This document shows, one piece after another, positions 41,801 to 56,000 of a stretch of 64,000 nt of DNA (position 1 is the first letter of the stretch; every line of letters starts with the position of its first letter). Position numbers and translations under genes: made by a program. The stretch lies in assembly GCF_009914755.1 (NCBI RefSeq), contig NC_060933.1. One strand, given 5' to 3'. The notes below the pieces were generated by a model. The model made no database searches and had not been told where the DNA came from. It was given only the letters and a program-made list of their open reading frames with translations. The stretch comes from the human T2T-CHM13v2.0 reference genome, Homo sapiens.

Positions 41801-44800
41801 TTCCATTCCATTCCATTCCATTCTATTCGGGTTAATTCCATTCCATTCCATTCGATTGCAATCGAGTTGATTCCATTCCATTCCATTCCATTCCATTCCA
41901 TTCCATTCCTTTCCATTCCATTACGGATTATTCCATTCCATTGCATTCCATTCCATTCCATTCCCCTGTACTCGGGTTGATTCCATTCCATTCCATTCCA
42001 ATCCATGCCATTCCACTCGTGTTGATTCCATTCTTTCCATTCCATTCAAGTTGAATCCATTCCATTGCATTCCATTCTATTCGATTCCATTCGATTGCAC
42101 TCGGGTTGATTCCATTCCATTGCATTCCATTCCATTCCATTCCATTCCATTCCATTCCATTCCGTTCCATTCCATTACATTTGGATTGTTTCTATTCAAC
42201 TCCCTTACTCTCCATTACATTCCATTCCATTCGGTTTGTTCCATTCCATTCCATTCCATTCCACTCCATTCCACTGCACTCGGGTTGATTCCATTCCATT
42301 CCATTCCATTCCGGAAGATTCCATTCCATTGCATTCCATTACATTCCATTCCCCTGCACTCGCGTTGATTCCGTTCCATTCCATTCCATTCCATTCCATT
42401 CCATTCCATTCCATTCCTTTCCGTTCCATTCCATTCCATTCCATTCCGTTCCGTTCCGTTCCGTTCCGTTCCATTCCATTCCATTCCATTCTATTCGGGT
42501 TAATTCCATTCCATTCCATTCGATTGCAATCGAGTTGATTCCATTCCATTCCATTCCATTCCATTCCATTCCATTCCATTCCATTCCTTTCCATTCCATT
42601 ACGGATGACTCCATTCCATTGCATTCCATTCCATTCCATTCCCCTGTACTCGGGTTGATTCCATTCCATTCCATTCCATTCCATTCCATCCATTCCAATC
42701 CATTCCATTCCATTCCGGATGATTCCATTCCATTGCATTCCGTTCCATTACATTCCCCTACACTCGGGTTGATTCCATTCCATTCCATTCCATTCCATTC
42801 GTTTCCATTCCATTCGAATTCTTTCCATTCCATTCTATTCCGTACCAATCCATTCCATTCCATACAATTCCATTCCATTCCATTCCATTCCATTCCATTC
42901 CATTCCATTCCGTTCCGTTCCGTTCCGTTCCGTTCCATTCCATTTTATTCCATTCTATTCGGGTTAATTCCATTCCATTCCATTCCATTCCATTCTATTC
43001 CATTCCATTGCAATCGAGTTGAATCCATTGCATTCCATTCCATTCCATTCCATTCCATTCCATTCCATTCCGGAAGATTCCATTCCATTGCATTCCATTC
43101 CATTCCATTCCCCTGCACTCGCGTTTATTCTTTTCAGTTCCATTCCATTCCATTCCATTCCATTCCATTCCGTTCCGTTCCATTCCATTCCATTCCATTC
43201 CATTCCGTTCCGTTCCATTCCGTTGCATTCCATTCCATTCCATTCTATTCGGGTTAATTCCATTCCATTCCATTAGAATGCAATCGAGTTGATTCCATTC
43301 CATTCCATTCCACTCCATTCCATTCCATTCCATTCCGTTCCGTTCCGTTCCGTTCCGTTCCATTCCATTCCATTCCATTCTATTCTGGTTAATTCCATTC
43401 CATTCCATTCCATTCCATTCTATTCCATTCCATTGCAATCGAGTTGAATCCATTGCATTCCATTCCATTCCATTCCATTCCATTCCATTCCATTCCATTC
43501 CATTCCATTCCGGAAGATTCCATTCCATTTCATTCCATTCCATTCCATTCCCCTGCACTCGCGTTTATTCTTTTCAGTTCCATTCCATTCCATTCCATTC
43601 CGTTCCGTTCCGTTCCATTCCATTCCATTCCATTCCATTCCTTTCCGTTCCGTTCCATTCCGTTCCATTCCATTCCATTCCATTCTATTCGGGTTAATTC
43701 CATTCCATTCCATTCGAATGCAATCGAGTTGATTCCATTCCATTCCATTCCATTGCATTCCATTCCATTCCATTCCATTCCATTCCATTCCATTCCATTC
43801 CGTTCCATTACATTACGGATGATTCCATTCCATTGCATTCCATTCCATTCCATTCCCCTGTACTCGGGTTGATTCCATTCCATTCCATTCCATTCCATTG
43901 TATTCCACTCGTGTTGATTCCATTCTTTCCATTCCATTCAAGTTGAATCCATTCCATTGCATTCCATTCCATTCGATTCCATTCCATTGCACTCGGGTTT
44001 ATTCCATTCCATTGCATTCCATTCCATTCCATTCCATTCCATTCCATTCCGTTCCATTCCATTCCATTACATTCGGATTGATTCTATTCAATTCCCTTAC
44101 ACTCCATCACATTCCATTCCATTCGGGTAGTTTCCATTCCATTCCATTCCATTCCTCTCCATTCCATTGCACTCGGGTTGATTCCATTCCATTCCATTCC
44201 ATTCCATTCCATTCCATTCCATTCCGTTCCATTGCATTCCATAACTTTCGGATTGATTCTTTTCAACTCCCTTACTCTCCATTACATTCCATTCCATTCG
44301 GGTTGTTCCATTCCATTCCATTCCATTCCACTCCATTCCATTGCACTCGGGTTGATTCCATTCCATTCCATTCCATTCCATTCGTTTCCATTCCATTCCA
44401 ATTCTTTCCATTCCATTCTATTCCGTACCATTCCATTCCATTCCATACAATTCCATTCCATTCCATTCCATTCCATTCCATTCCATTCCGTTCCGTTCCG
44501 TTCCATTCCGTTCCGTTCCGTTCCGTTCCATTCCATTCCATTCCATTCTATTCGGGTTAATTCCATTCCATTCCATTCCATTCCATTCTATTCCATTCCA
44601 TTGCAATGGAGTTGAATCCATTGCATTCCATTCCATTCCATTCCATTCCATTCCATTCCATTCCATTCCGGAAGATTCCATTCCATTGCATTCCATTCCT
44701 TTCCATTCCCCTGCACTCGGGTTTATTCTTTTCAGTTCCATTCCATTCCATTCCATTCCATTCCGTTCCGTTCCATTCCATTCCATTCCATTCCATTCCA

Positions 44801-47800
44801 TTCCTCTCCATTCCATTGCACTCGGGTTGATTCCATTCCATTCCATTCCATTCCTTTCCATGCCATTCCATTCCGTTCCATTCCATTCCATTACTTTCGG
44901 ATTGATTCTTTTCAACTCCCTTACTCTCCATTACATTCCATTCCATTCGGGTTGTTCCATTCCATTCCATTCGGGTTGTTCCGTTCCATTCCATTCCATT
45001 CCACTCCATTTCATTGCACTCGGGTTGATTCCATTGCATTCCATTCCATTCCATTCCATTCCGGATGATTCCATTCCATTGCATTCCGTTCCATTACATT
45101 CCCCTGCACTCGGGTTGATTCCATTCCATTCCATTCCATTCCGTTCGATTCCATTCCATTCCCCTGCACTCGCGTTGATTCCATTCCATTCCATTCCATT
45201 CCATTCCATTCCATTCCATTCCTTTCCGTTCCATTCCATTCCATTCCGTTCCGTTCCGTTCCATTCCATTCCATTCCATTCTATTCGGGTTACTTCCATT
45301 CCATTCCATTCGATTGCAATCGAGTTGATTCCATTCCATTCCATTCCATTCCGTTCCATTCCATTCCATTCCATTCCTTTCCATTCCATTACGGATGATT
45401 CCATTCCATTGCATTCCATTCCATTCCATTCCCCTGTACTCGGGTTGATTCCATTCCATTCCATTCCAATCCATGCCATTCCAATCGTGTTGATTCCATT
45501 CTTTCCATTCCATTCACGTTGAATCCATTACATTGCATTCCATTCCATTCCATTCCCCTGCAGTCCGGTTGATTCCATTCTATTCCATTCCATTCTATTC
45601 CATTCCATTCCATTCCATTCCGGATGATTCCATTCCATTGCATTCCATTACATTCCATTCCCCTGCACTCGGGTTGATTCCATTCCATTCCACTCCATTC
45701 CGTTCCATTCCATTCCATTCCATTGTATTCGGGTTAATTCCATTCCATTCCATTCCATTCCATTCCATTCCATTCCATTCCATTCCAATCCTTTACAATC
45801 GAGTTGATTCCATTCCATTCCATTCCATTCCATTCCATTCCATTCCATTCCATTCCATTCCTTTCCATTACATTACGGATTATTCCATTCCATTGCATTC
45901 CATTCCATTCCATTCCCCTGTACTCGGGTTTATTTCAATCCATTCCATTCCATTCCATGCCATTCCACTCGTGTTGATTCCATTCTTTCCATTCCATTCA
46001 AGTTGAATCCATTCCATTGCATTCCATTCCATTCGATTCCATTCGATTGCAGTCGGGTTGATTCCATTCCATTCCATTACATTACTTTCCGTTCCATTCC
46101 ATTCCATTCCATTCGGATTGATTCTATTCAATTCCCTTACACTCCATTACATTCCATTCCATTCGGATAGTTTCCATTCCTTTCCATTCCATTCCTCTCT
46201 ATTCCATTGCACTCGGGTTGATTCCATTCCATTCCATTCCATTCCATTCCATTCCATTCCATTCCATTCCATTCCATTCCATTGTACTCGGGTTGATTCC
46301 ATTCCATTGCATTACATTCCATTCCATTCCGTTCCATTCCATTCGTTTACATTCGGATTGATTCTATTCAACTCCTTTACTCTCCATTACATTCCATTCC
46401 ATTCGGGTTGTTCCATTCCATTCCATTCCATTCCACTCATTTCCATTGCACTCGGGTTGATTCCATTCCATTCCATTCCATTCCATTCCGGATGATTCCA
46501 TTCCATTGCATTCCGTTCCATTACATTCCCCTGCACTCGGGTTGATTCCATTCCATTCCATTCCATTCCATTCGATTCCATTCCATTCCAATTCTTTCCA
46601 TTCCATTCTATTCCGTACCATTCCATTCCATTCCATACAATTCCATTCCATTCCATTCCATTCCATTCCATTCCGTTCCGTTCCGTTCCGTTCCGTTCCG
46701 TTCCACTCCATTCCATTCCATTCTATTCGGGTTAATTGCATTCCATTCCATTCCATTCCATTCTATTCCATTCCATTGCAATCGAGTTGAATCCATTGTA
46801 TTCCATTCCATTCCATTCCATTGCATTCCATTCCGGAAGATTCCATTCCATTGCAATCCATTCCATTCCATTCCCCTGCACTCGCTTTGATTCCATTCCA
46901 TTCCATTCCATTCCATTCCATTCCGTTCTGTTCCGTTCCATTCCATTCCATTCCATTCCGTTCCGTTGCGTTCCGTTCCATTCCATTCCATTCTATTCGG
47001 GTTAATTCCATTCCATTCCATTCGATTGCAATCGAGTTGATTCCATTCCATTCCATTCCATTCCATTCCATTCCATTCCATTCCATTCCGTTCCATTCCA
47101 TTCCATTACATTCGGATTGATTCCATTCAATTCCCTTACACTTCATTACATTCCATCCCATTCGGGTAGTTTCCATTCCATTCCATTCCATTCCTCTCCA
47201 TTCCATTGCACTCGGGTTGATTCCATTCCATTCCATTCCATTCCATTCCATTCCATTCCATTCCATTCTATTCCATTGTACTCGGGTTGATTCCATTCCA
47301 TTGCATTCCATTCCATTCCATTACGTTCCATTCCATTCCATTATATTCGGGTTGATTCTATTCAACTCCCTAACTCTCCATTACATTCCATTCCATTCAT
47401 GTTGTTCCATTCCATTCCATTCCATTCCAATGCATTCCATTGCACTGTGGCTGATTCCATTCCATTCCATTCCATTCCATTCAATTCCGGATGATTCCAT
47501 TCCATTGCATTCCGATCCATTACATTCCCCTGCACTCGGGTTGATTCCATTCCATTCCATTCCATTCCATTCCATAGCATTCCATTCGATTCCATTCCAT
47601 TCCAATTCTTTCCATTCCATTCAATTCCGTACCATTCCATTCCATTCCATACAATTCCATTCCATTCCATTCCATTCCATTCCATTCCATTCCGTTCCGT
47701 TCCATTCCATTCCATTCCATTCTATTCCATTCCATTCCATTCCATTCCATTCCATTCCGTTCCATTCCTTTCCATTCCATTCTATTCCATTCTATTCCAT

Positions 47801-50800
47801 TCCATTGCAATCGAGTTGAATCCATTGCATTCCATTCCATTCCATTGCATTCCATTCCGGAAGATTCCATTCCATTGCATTCCATTCCATTCCATTCCAT
47901 TCCATTCCATTCCGTTGCATTCCATTCCATTACATTCGGATTGTTTCTATTCAACTCCCTTACTCTCGATTACATTCCATTCCATTCGGGTTGTTCCATT
48001 CCATTCCATTCCATTCCACTGCATTCCATTGCACTCGGGTTGATTCAATTCCATTCCATTCCATTCCATTCCATTCCGGATGATTCCAATCCATTGCATT
48101 CCGTTCCATTACATTCCCCTGCACTCGCGTTGATTCCATTCCATTCCATTCCATTCCATTCAATTCCATTCCATTACAATTCTTTCCATTCCATTCTATT
48201 CCGTACCATTCCATTCCATTCCATACCATTGCATTCCATTCCATTCCATTCCATTCCATTCCATTCCATTCCGTTCTGTTCCGTTCCATTCCATTCCATT
48301 CCATTCTATTCGGGTTAATTCCATTCCATTCCATTCCATTCCATTCTATTCCATTCCATTGCAATCGAGTTGAATCCATTGCATTTCATTCCATTCCATT
48401 CCATTCCATTCCATTCCGGAAGATTCCATTCCATTGCATTCCATTCCATTCCATTCCCCTGCACTCGCGTTGATTCCATTCCATTCCATTCCATTCCGTT
48501 CCGTTCCGTTCCGTTCCGTTCCGTTCCATTCCATTCCATTCCATTCCATTCCGTTCTGTTCCATTCCATTCCATTCCATTTTATTCGGGTTAATTCCATT
48601 CCATTCCATTCGATTGCAATCGTGTTCATTCCATTCCATTCCATTCCATTCCATTCCATTCCATTCCATTCCTTTCCATTCCATTACATATGATTCCATT
48701 CCATTCCCTTCCATTCCATTCCATTCCATTCCATTCCATTCCTTTCCATTACATTACGGATGATTCCATTCCATTTCATTCCATTCCATTCCATTCCCCT
48801 GTACTCGGGTTGATTCCATTCCATTCCATTCCAATCCATGCCGTTCCACTCGTGTTGATTCCATTCTTTCCATTCCATTCAAGTTGAATCCATTCCATTG
48901 CATTCCATTCCATTCGATTCCATTCGATTGCACTCGGGTTGATTCCATTCCATTGCATTCCATTCCATTCCATTCCATTCCATTCCATTCCGTTCCATTC
49001 CATTCCATTACATTCGGATTGATTCTATTCAATTCCCTTACACTCCATTACATTCCATTCCATTCGGGTAGTTTCCATTGCATTCCATTCCATTCCTCTC
49101 CATTCCATTGCACTCGGGTTGATTCCATTCCATTGCATTCCATTCCATTCCATTCCATTCAATTCCATTCCGTTCCATTCCATTCCATTACATTCGGATT
49201 GATTCTATTCAACTCCCTTAGTCTCCATTACATTCCATTCCATTCGGGTTGTTCCATTCCATTCCATTCCATTCCACTCCATTCCATTGCACTCGGGTTG
49301 ATTCCATTCCATTCCATTCCATTCCATTCCATTCCATTCCGGAAGATTCCATTCCTTTGCATTCCATTCCATTCCATTCCCCTGGACTCGCGTTGATTCC
49401 ATTCCATTCCATTCCATTCCATTCCTCTCCGTTCCATTCCATTCCATTCCATTCCTTTCCGTTCCGTTCCGTTCCGTTCCGTTCCATTCCATTCCATTCC
49501 ATTCAATTCGGGTTAATTCCATTCCATTCCATTCGATTTCAATCGAGTTGATTCCATTCCATTCCATTCCATTCCATTCCATTCCATTCCTTTCCATTCC
49601 ATTACGGATGATTCCATTCCATTGCATTCCATTCCATTCCATTCCACTGTACTCGGGTTGATTCCATTCCATTCCATTCCAATCCATGCCATTCCACTCG
49701 TGTTCATTCCATTCTTTCCATTCCATTCAAGTTGAATCCATTCCATTGCATTCCATTCCATTCCATTCCCCTGCAGTCGGGTTGATTCCATTCCATTCCA
49801 TTCCATTCCATTCCATTCCGTTCCGTTCCATTCCATTCCATTCCATTCCTTTCTATTCGGGTTAATTCCATTCCATTCCATTCCATTCCATTCCAATTAA
49901 GTTGATTCCTTTCCATTCCATTCCATTCCATTCCATTCCATTCCACTCCATTCCAGTCCTTTCCATTCCTTTCCACTCGGGTTGATTCCAATGTATTCCT
50001 TTCCATTCCATTCCATTCCATTGCAATCGAGTTGATTCCATTGCTTTGCATTCCATTCCATTCCATTCCATTCCGGATGATTCCTTTCCATTGCATTCCA
50101 TTCCATTCCATTCCCCTGCACTCGGGTTGATTCCATTCCATTCCACTCCATTGCGTTCCATTCCATTCCATTGCATTGTATTCGGGTTAATTCCATTCCA
50201 TTCCATTCCATTCCATTCCATTCCATTCCATTCCAGTCGAGTTGATTCCATTCCATTCCATTCCATTCCAGTCCTTTCCATCCCATTCCACTCGGGTTGA
50301 TTCCATTCTATTAGTTTCCATTCCATTCCATTCCCTTCCATTCCACTCTGGTTGATTCCATTCCTTTCCATTCCACTCGAATATATTCCCTCCTATTCCA
50401 CTCGGAACGATTCCATTCCATTCCATTCCATTCCATTCCATTCCATTCCATTCCATTCCATTTCCTTCCATTCCATTCTATTCCGTGTCATTCCATTCCA
50501 TTCCATTGCATTCCATTCCATTCCATTCCATTCTATTCCGTTGCATTCCATTCCATTACATTCGGATTGATTCTGTTCAACTCCCTTACTCTCCATTACA
50601 TTCCATTCCATTCGGGTTGTTCCATTCCATTCCCTTCCATTCCACTCCATTCCATTGCACTCGGGTTGATTCCTTTCCATTCCATTCCATTCCGTTCCAT
50701 TCCATTCCGGATGATTCCATTCCATTGCATTCCGTTCCATTACATTCCCCTGCACTCGCGTTGATTCCATTCCATTCCATTCCATTCCATTCCATTCAAT

Positions 50801-52384
50801 TCCATTACAATTCGTTCCATTCCATTCTGTTCCGTACCATTCCATTCTATTCCATACCATTCCATTCCATTCCATTCCATTCCATTCCATTCCATTCCAT
50901 TCCATTCCTTTCCATTCCGTTCCATTCCATTCCATTCCATTCCATTCTATTCGGATTAATTCCATTCCATTCCATTCCATTCCATTCTATTCCATTCCAT
51001 TGCAATCGAGTTGAATCCATTGCATTTCATTCCATTCCATTCCATTCCATTCCATTCCGGAAGATTCCATTCCATTGCATTCCATTCCATTCCATTCCCC
51101 TGCACTCGCGTTGATTCCATTCCATTCCATTCCATTCCATTCCGTTCCGTTCTATTCCATTCCATTCCATTCCATTCCATTCCGTTCCATTCCATTCCAT
51201 TCCATTCCATTCTATTCGGGTTAATTCCATTCCATTCCATTCGATTGCAATCGAGTTGATTCCATTCCATTCCATTCCATTCCATTCCATTCCATTCCTT
51301 TCCATTCCATTACGGATGATTCCATTCCATTGCATTCCATTCCATTCCATTCCCCTGTACTCGGGTTGATTCCATTCCATTCCATTCCAATCCATGCCAT
51401 TCCACTCGTGTTGATTCCATTCTTTCCATTCCATTCAAGTTGAATCCATTCCATTGCATTCCATTCTATTCGATTCCATTCGATTGCACTCGGGTTGACT
51501 CCATTCCATTGCGTTCCATTCCATTCCATTCCATTCCATTCCATTCCGTTCCATTCCATTCCATTACATTCGGATTGATTCTATTCAATTCCCTTACACT
51601 CCATTACATTCCATTCCATTCGGGTAGTTTACATTCCATTCCATTCCATTCCTCTCCATTCCATTGCACTCGGGTTGATTCCATTCCATTGCATTCCATT
51701 CCATTCCATTCAATTCCATTCCGTTCCATTCCATTCCATTCCATTCGGATTGATTCTATTCAACTCCCTTACTCTCCATTACATTCCATTCCATTCGAGT
51801 TGTTCCATTCCATTCCATTCCATTCCATTCCACTCCATTCGATTGCACTCGGGTTGATTCCATTCCATTGCATTCCATTCCATTCCATTCCATTCAGGAA
51901 GATTCCATTCCATTGCATTCCATTCCATTCCATTCCCCTGCACTCGCGTTGATTCCATTCCATTCCATTCTATTCCATTCCATTCCCTTCCTTTCCGTTC
52001 CATTCCATCCCATTCCATTCCATTCCGTTCCGTTCCATTCCATTCCATTCCATTCTATTCGGGTTAATTCCATTCCATTCCATTCGATTGCAATCGAGTT
52101 GATTCCATTCCATTCCATTCCATTCCATTCCATTCCATTCCATTCCTTTCCATTCCATTACGGATGATTCCATTCCATTGCATTCCATTCCATTCCATTC
52201 CCCTGTACTCGGTTTGATTCCATTCCATTCCATTCCAATCCATGCCATTCCACTCGTGTTGATTCCATTCTTTCAATTCCATTCAAGTTGAATCCATTCC
52301 ATTGCATTCCATTCCATTCCATTCCCCTGCAGTCGGGTTGATTCCATTCCATTCCATTCCATTCCATTCCATTCCATTCCATTC

Positions 52385-52495
52385 CATTCCGGATGATTCC
52401 ATTCGATTGCATTCCGTTCCATTACATTCCCCTGCACTCGCGTTGATTCCATTCCATTCCATTCCATTCCATTCCATCCATTCCGTTCCATTCCG
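52385..52495 (+). other. 109-bp insertion private to HOR unit 2
   Basis: The inter-unit offset jumps from 36,010 (16148/52158) to 36,119 (16408/52527). The module GGATGA...CCCCTGCACTCGCGTTG...ATTCCATCCA is absent at 16,330-16,400. Confidence 0.85.
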
Positions 52496-53019
52496 TTCCA
52501 TTCCATTCCATTCCATTCTATTCGGGTTAATTCCATTCCATTCCATTCCATTCCATTCCATTCCATTCCAATCGAGTTGATTCCATTCCGTTCCATTCCA
52601 TTCCATTCCACTCCATTCCAGTCCTTTCCATTCCATTCCACTCGGGTTGATTCCAATGTATTCCTTTCCATTCCATTCCATTCCATTGCAATCGAGTTGA
52701 TTCCATTGCTTTGCATTCCATTCCATTCCATTCAATTCCGGATGATTCCATTCCATTGCATTCCATTCCATTCCATTCCCCTGCACTCGGGTTGATTCCA
52801 TTCCATTCCACTCCATTCCGTTCCATTCCATTCCATTCCATTGTATTCGGGTTAATTCCATTCCATTCCATTCCATTCCATTCCATTCCATTCCATTCCA
52901 CTACAATCGAGTTGATTCCTTTCCATTCCATTCCATTCCAGTCCTTTCCATTCCATTCCACTCGGGTTGATTCCATTCTATTAGTTTCCATTCCATTCCA
53001 TTCCCTTCCATTCCTCTCT

Positions 53020-56000
53020 GGTTGATTCCATTCCTTTCCATTCCACTCGAATACATTCCCTCGTATTCCACTCGGAACGATTCCATTCCATTCCATTCCA
53101 TTCCATTCCATTCCAATCCATTCCATTCCATTTCGTTCCATTCCATTCTATTCCGTATCATTCCATTCCATTCCATTCCATTCCATTCCATTCCATTGTA
53201 CTCGGGTTGATTCCATTCCATTGCATTCCATTCCATTCCATTCCATTCCATTCCATTCCGTTGCATTCCATTCCATTACATTCGGATTGATTCTATTCAA
53301 CTCCCTTACTCTCCATTACATTCCATTCCATTCGGGTTGTTCCATTCCATTCCATTCCATTCCACTCCATTCCATTGCACTCGGGTTGACTCCATTCCAT
53401 TCCATTCCGGATGATTCCATTCCATTGCATTCCGTTCCATTACATTCCCCTGCACTCGCGTTGATTCCATTACATTCCATTCCATTCAATTCCATTCCAT
53501 TACAATTCGTTCCATTCCATTCTATTCCGTACCATTCCATTCCATTCCATACCATTCCATTCCATTCCATTCCATTCCATTCCGTTCCATTCCGTTCCAT
53601 TCCATTCCATTCCACTCTATTCGGATTAATTCCATTCCATTCCATTCCATTCCATTCTATTCCATTCCATTGCAATCGAGTTGAATCCATTGCATTTCAT
53701 TCCATTCCATTCCATTCCATTCCATTACGGAAGATTCCATTCCATTGCATTCCATTCCATTCCATTCCCCTGCACTCGCGTTGATTACATTCCATTCCAT
53801 TCCACTCCATTCCGTTCCGTTCCATTCCATTCCATTCCATTCCATTCCTTTCCGTTCCGTTCCGTTCCATTCCATTCCATTCTATTCGGGTTAATTCCTT
53901 TCCATTCCATTCGATTGCAATCGAGTTGATTCCATTCCATTCCATTCCATTCCTTTCCATTCCATTCCGGAAGATTCCATTCCATTGCATTCCATTCCAT
54001 TCCATTCCCCTTCACTCGCGTTGATTCCATTCCATTCCATTCCATTCCATTCCATTGCATTCCGTTCCATTCCATTCCATTCCTTTTCGTTCCATTCCAT
54101 TCCATTCCGTTCCGTTCCATTCCTTTCCATTCCATTCTATTCGGGTTAATTCAATTCCATTCCATTCCATTGCAATCGAGTTGATTCCATTCCATTCCAT
54201 TCCATTCCATTCCATTCCATTCCTTTCCTTTCCATTCCATTACGGATGATTCCATTCCATTGCATTCCATTCCATTCCATTTTCCTGTACTCGGGTTGAT
54301 TCCAATCCATTGCATTCCAATCCATGCCATTCCACTCTTGTTGATTCCATTCTTTCCATTCCATTCAAGTTGAATCCATTCCTTTGCATTCCATTCAATT
54401 CCATTCCATTCCCCTGCAGTCGGGTTGATTCCATTCCATTCCATTCCATTCCATTCCATTCCGTTCCATTCCATTCCATTCCATTCTATTCGGGTTAATT
54501 CCATTCCATTGCATTCCATTCCATTCCAATCGAGTTGATTCCATTCCATTCCATTCCATTCCATTCCACTCCATTCCACTCCTTTCCACTCGGGTTGATT
54601 CCATTCCTTTTCGTTCCATTCCATTCCATTCCATTCCATTCCGTTCCGTTCCATTCCATTCCATTCCATTCTATTCGGGTTAATTCAATTCCATTCCATT
54701 CCATTGCAATCCAGTTGATTCCAATCCGGATCATTCCATTCCATTGCATTCCATTCCATTCCATTCCCCTGCACTCGGATTGATTCCATTGCATTCCATT
54801 CCATTACATTCCGTTCCATTCCGTTCCATTCCATTCTATTCGAGTTAATTCCATTCCATTCCATTCCACTCCATTCCAGTCCTTTCCATTCCATTCCATT
54901 CGGGTTGATTCCATTCTATTCCTTTCCATTCCATTCCATTCCATTGTAATTGAGTTGATTCCATTCGAGTTGAATCCATTCCATTCCATTCCAATCGATT
55001 CCATTGCACACGGGTTCATTCCATTCAATTCCATTCCATTCCATTCCATTCCATTCCATTCCATTTCATTCCATTGCATTCTAATCCGTACCATTCCATT
55101 CTTTCCCATTCCATTCCGTTCCATTCCAAGCCATTACACTCGGGTTGATTCCATTCCTTTCCATTCCATTCTTGTTGAATCCATTCCATTCCATTCCATT
55201 CCATTCGAATCCATTCCATTGCACTCGGGTTGATTCCATTCCATTCCATTCCATTCTATTTCATCCCATTCCATTCCATTACATTCGGATTGATTCTATT
55301 CAATTACCTTACACTCCATTACATTCCATTCCATTCGGGATTTTTCCATTCCATTCCTTTCCATTCCACTCCATTCCATTGCATCAGGTTGATTGCATTC
55401 CATTCCATTCCATTCCATTCCGGATGATTCCATTCCATTTCATTCCATTCTATTCCATTCCCCTGCACTCGGGTTGATTACATTCCATTCCATTCCCTTC
55501 CTTTCCTTTCCATTCCATTCCATTCCTTTCTATTCGGGTTAATTCCATTCCATTCCATTCGATTGCATTCCTTTCCATTCCATTCCATTGCAATCGAGTT
55601 GATTGCATTCCATTCCATTCCATTCCGTTCCGGATGATTCCCTTCCATTGCATTCCATTCCATTCCATTCCCCTGCAGTCGGGTTGATTCCATTCCATTC
55701 CATTCCATTCCATTCCATTCCATTCCGTTCCATTCCATTCCATTCCATTCTATTCGGGTTAATTCCATTCCATTCCATTCCACTCCATTCCATTACATCA
55801 GGTTGATTGCATTCCATTCCATTCCATTCCATTCCGGATGATTCCATTCCATTGCATTCCTTTCCATTCCATTCCCCTGCACTCGGGTTGATTCCATTCC
55901 ATTCCATTCCATTCCATTCCATTCCATTCCATTCCATTCCGTTCCATTCCATTCCATTCCATTCTATTCCGGTTAATTCCATTCCATTCCATTCGATTCC

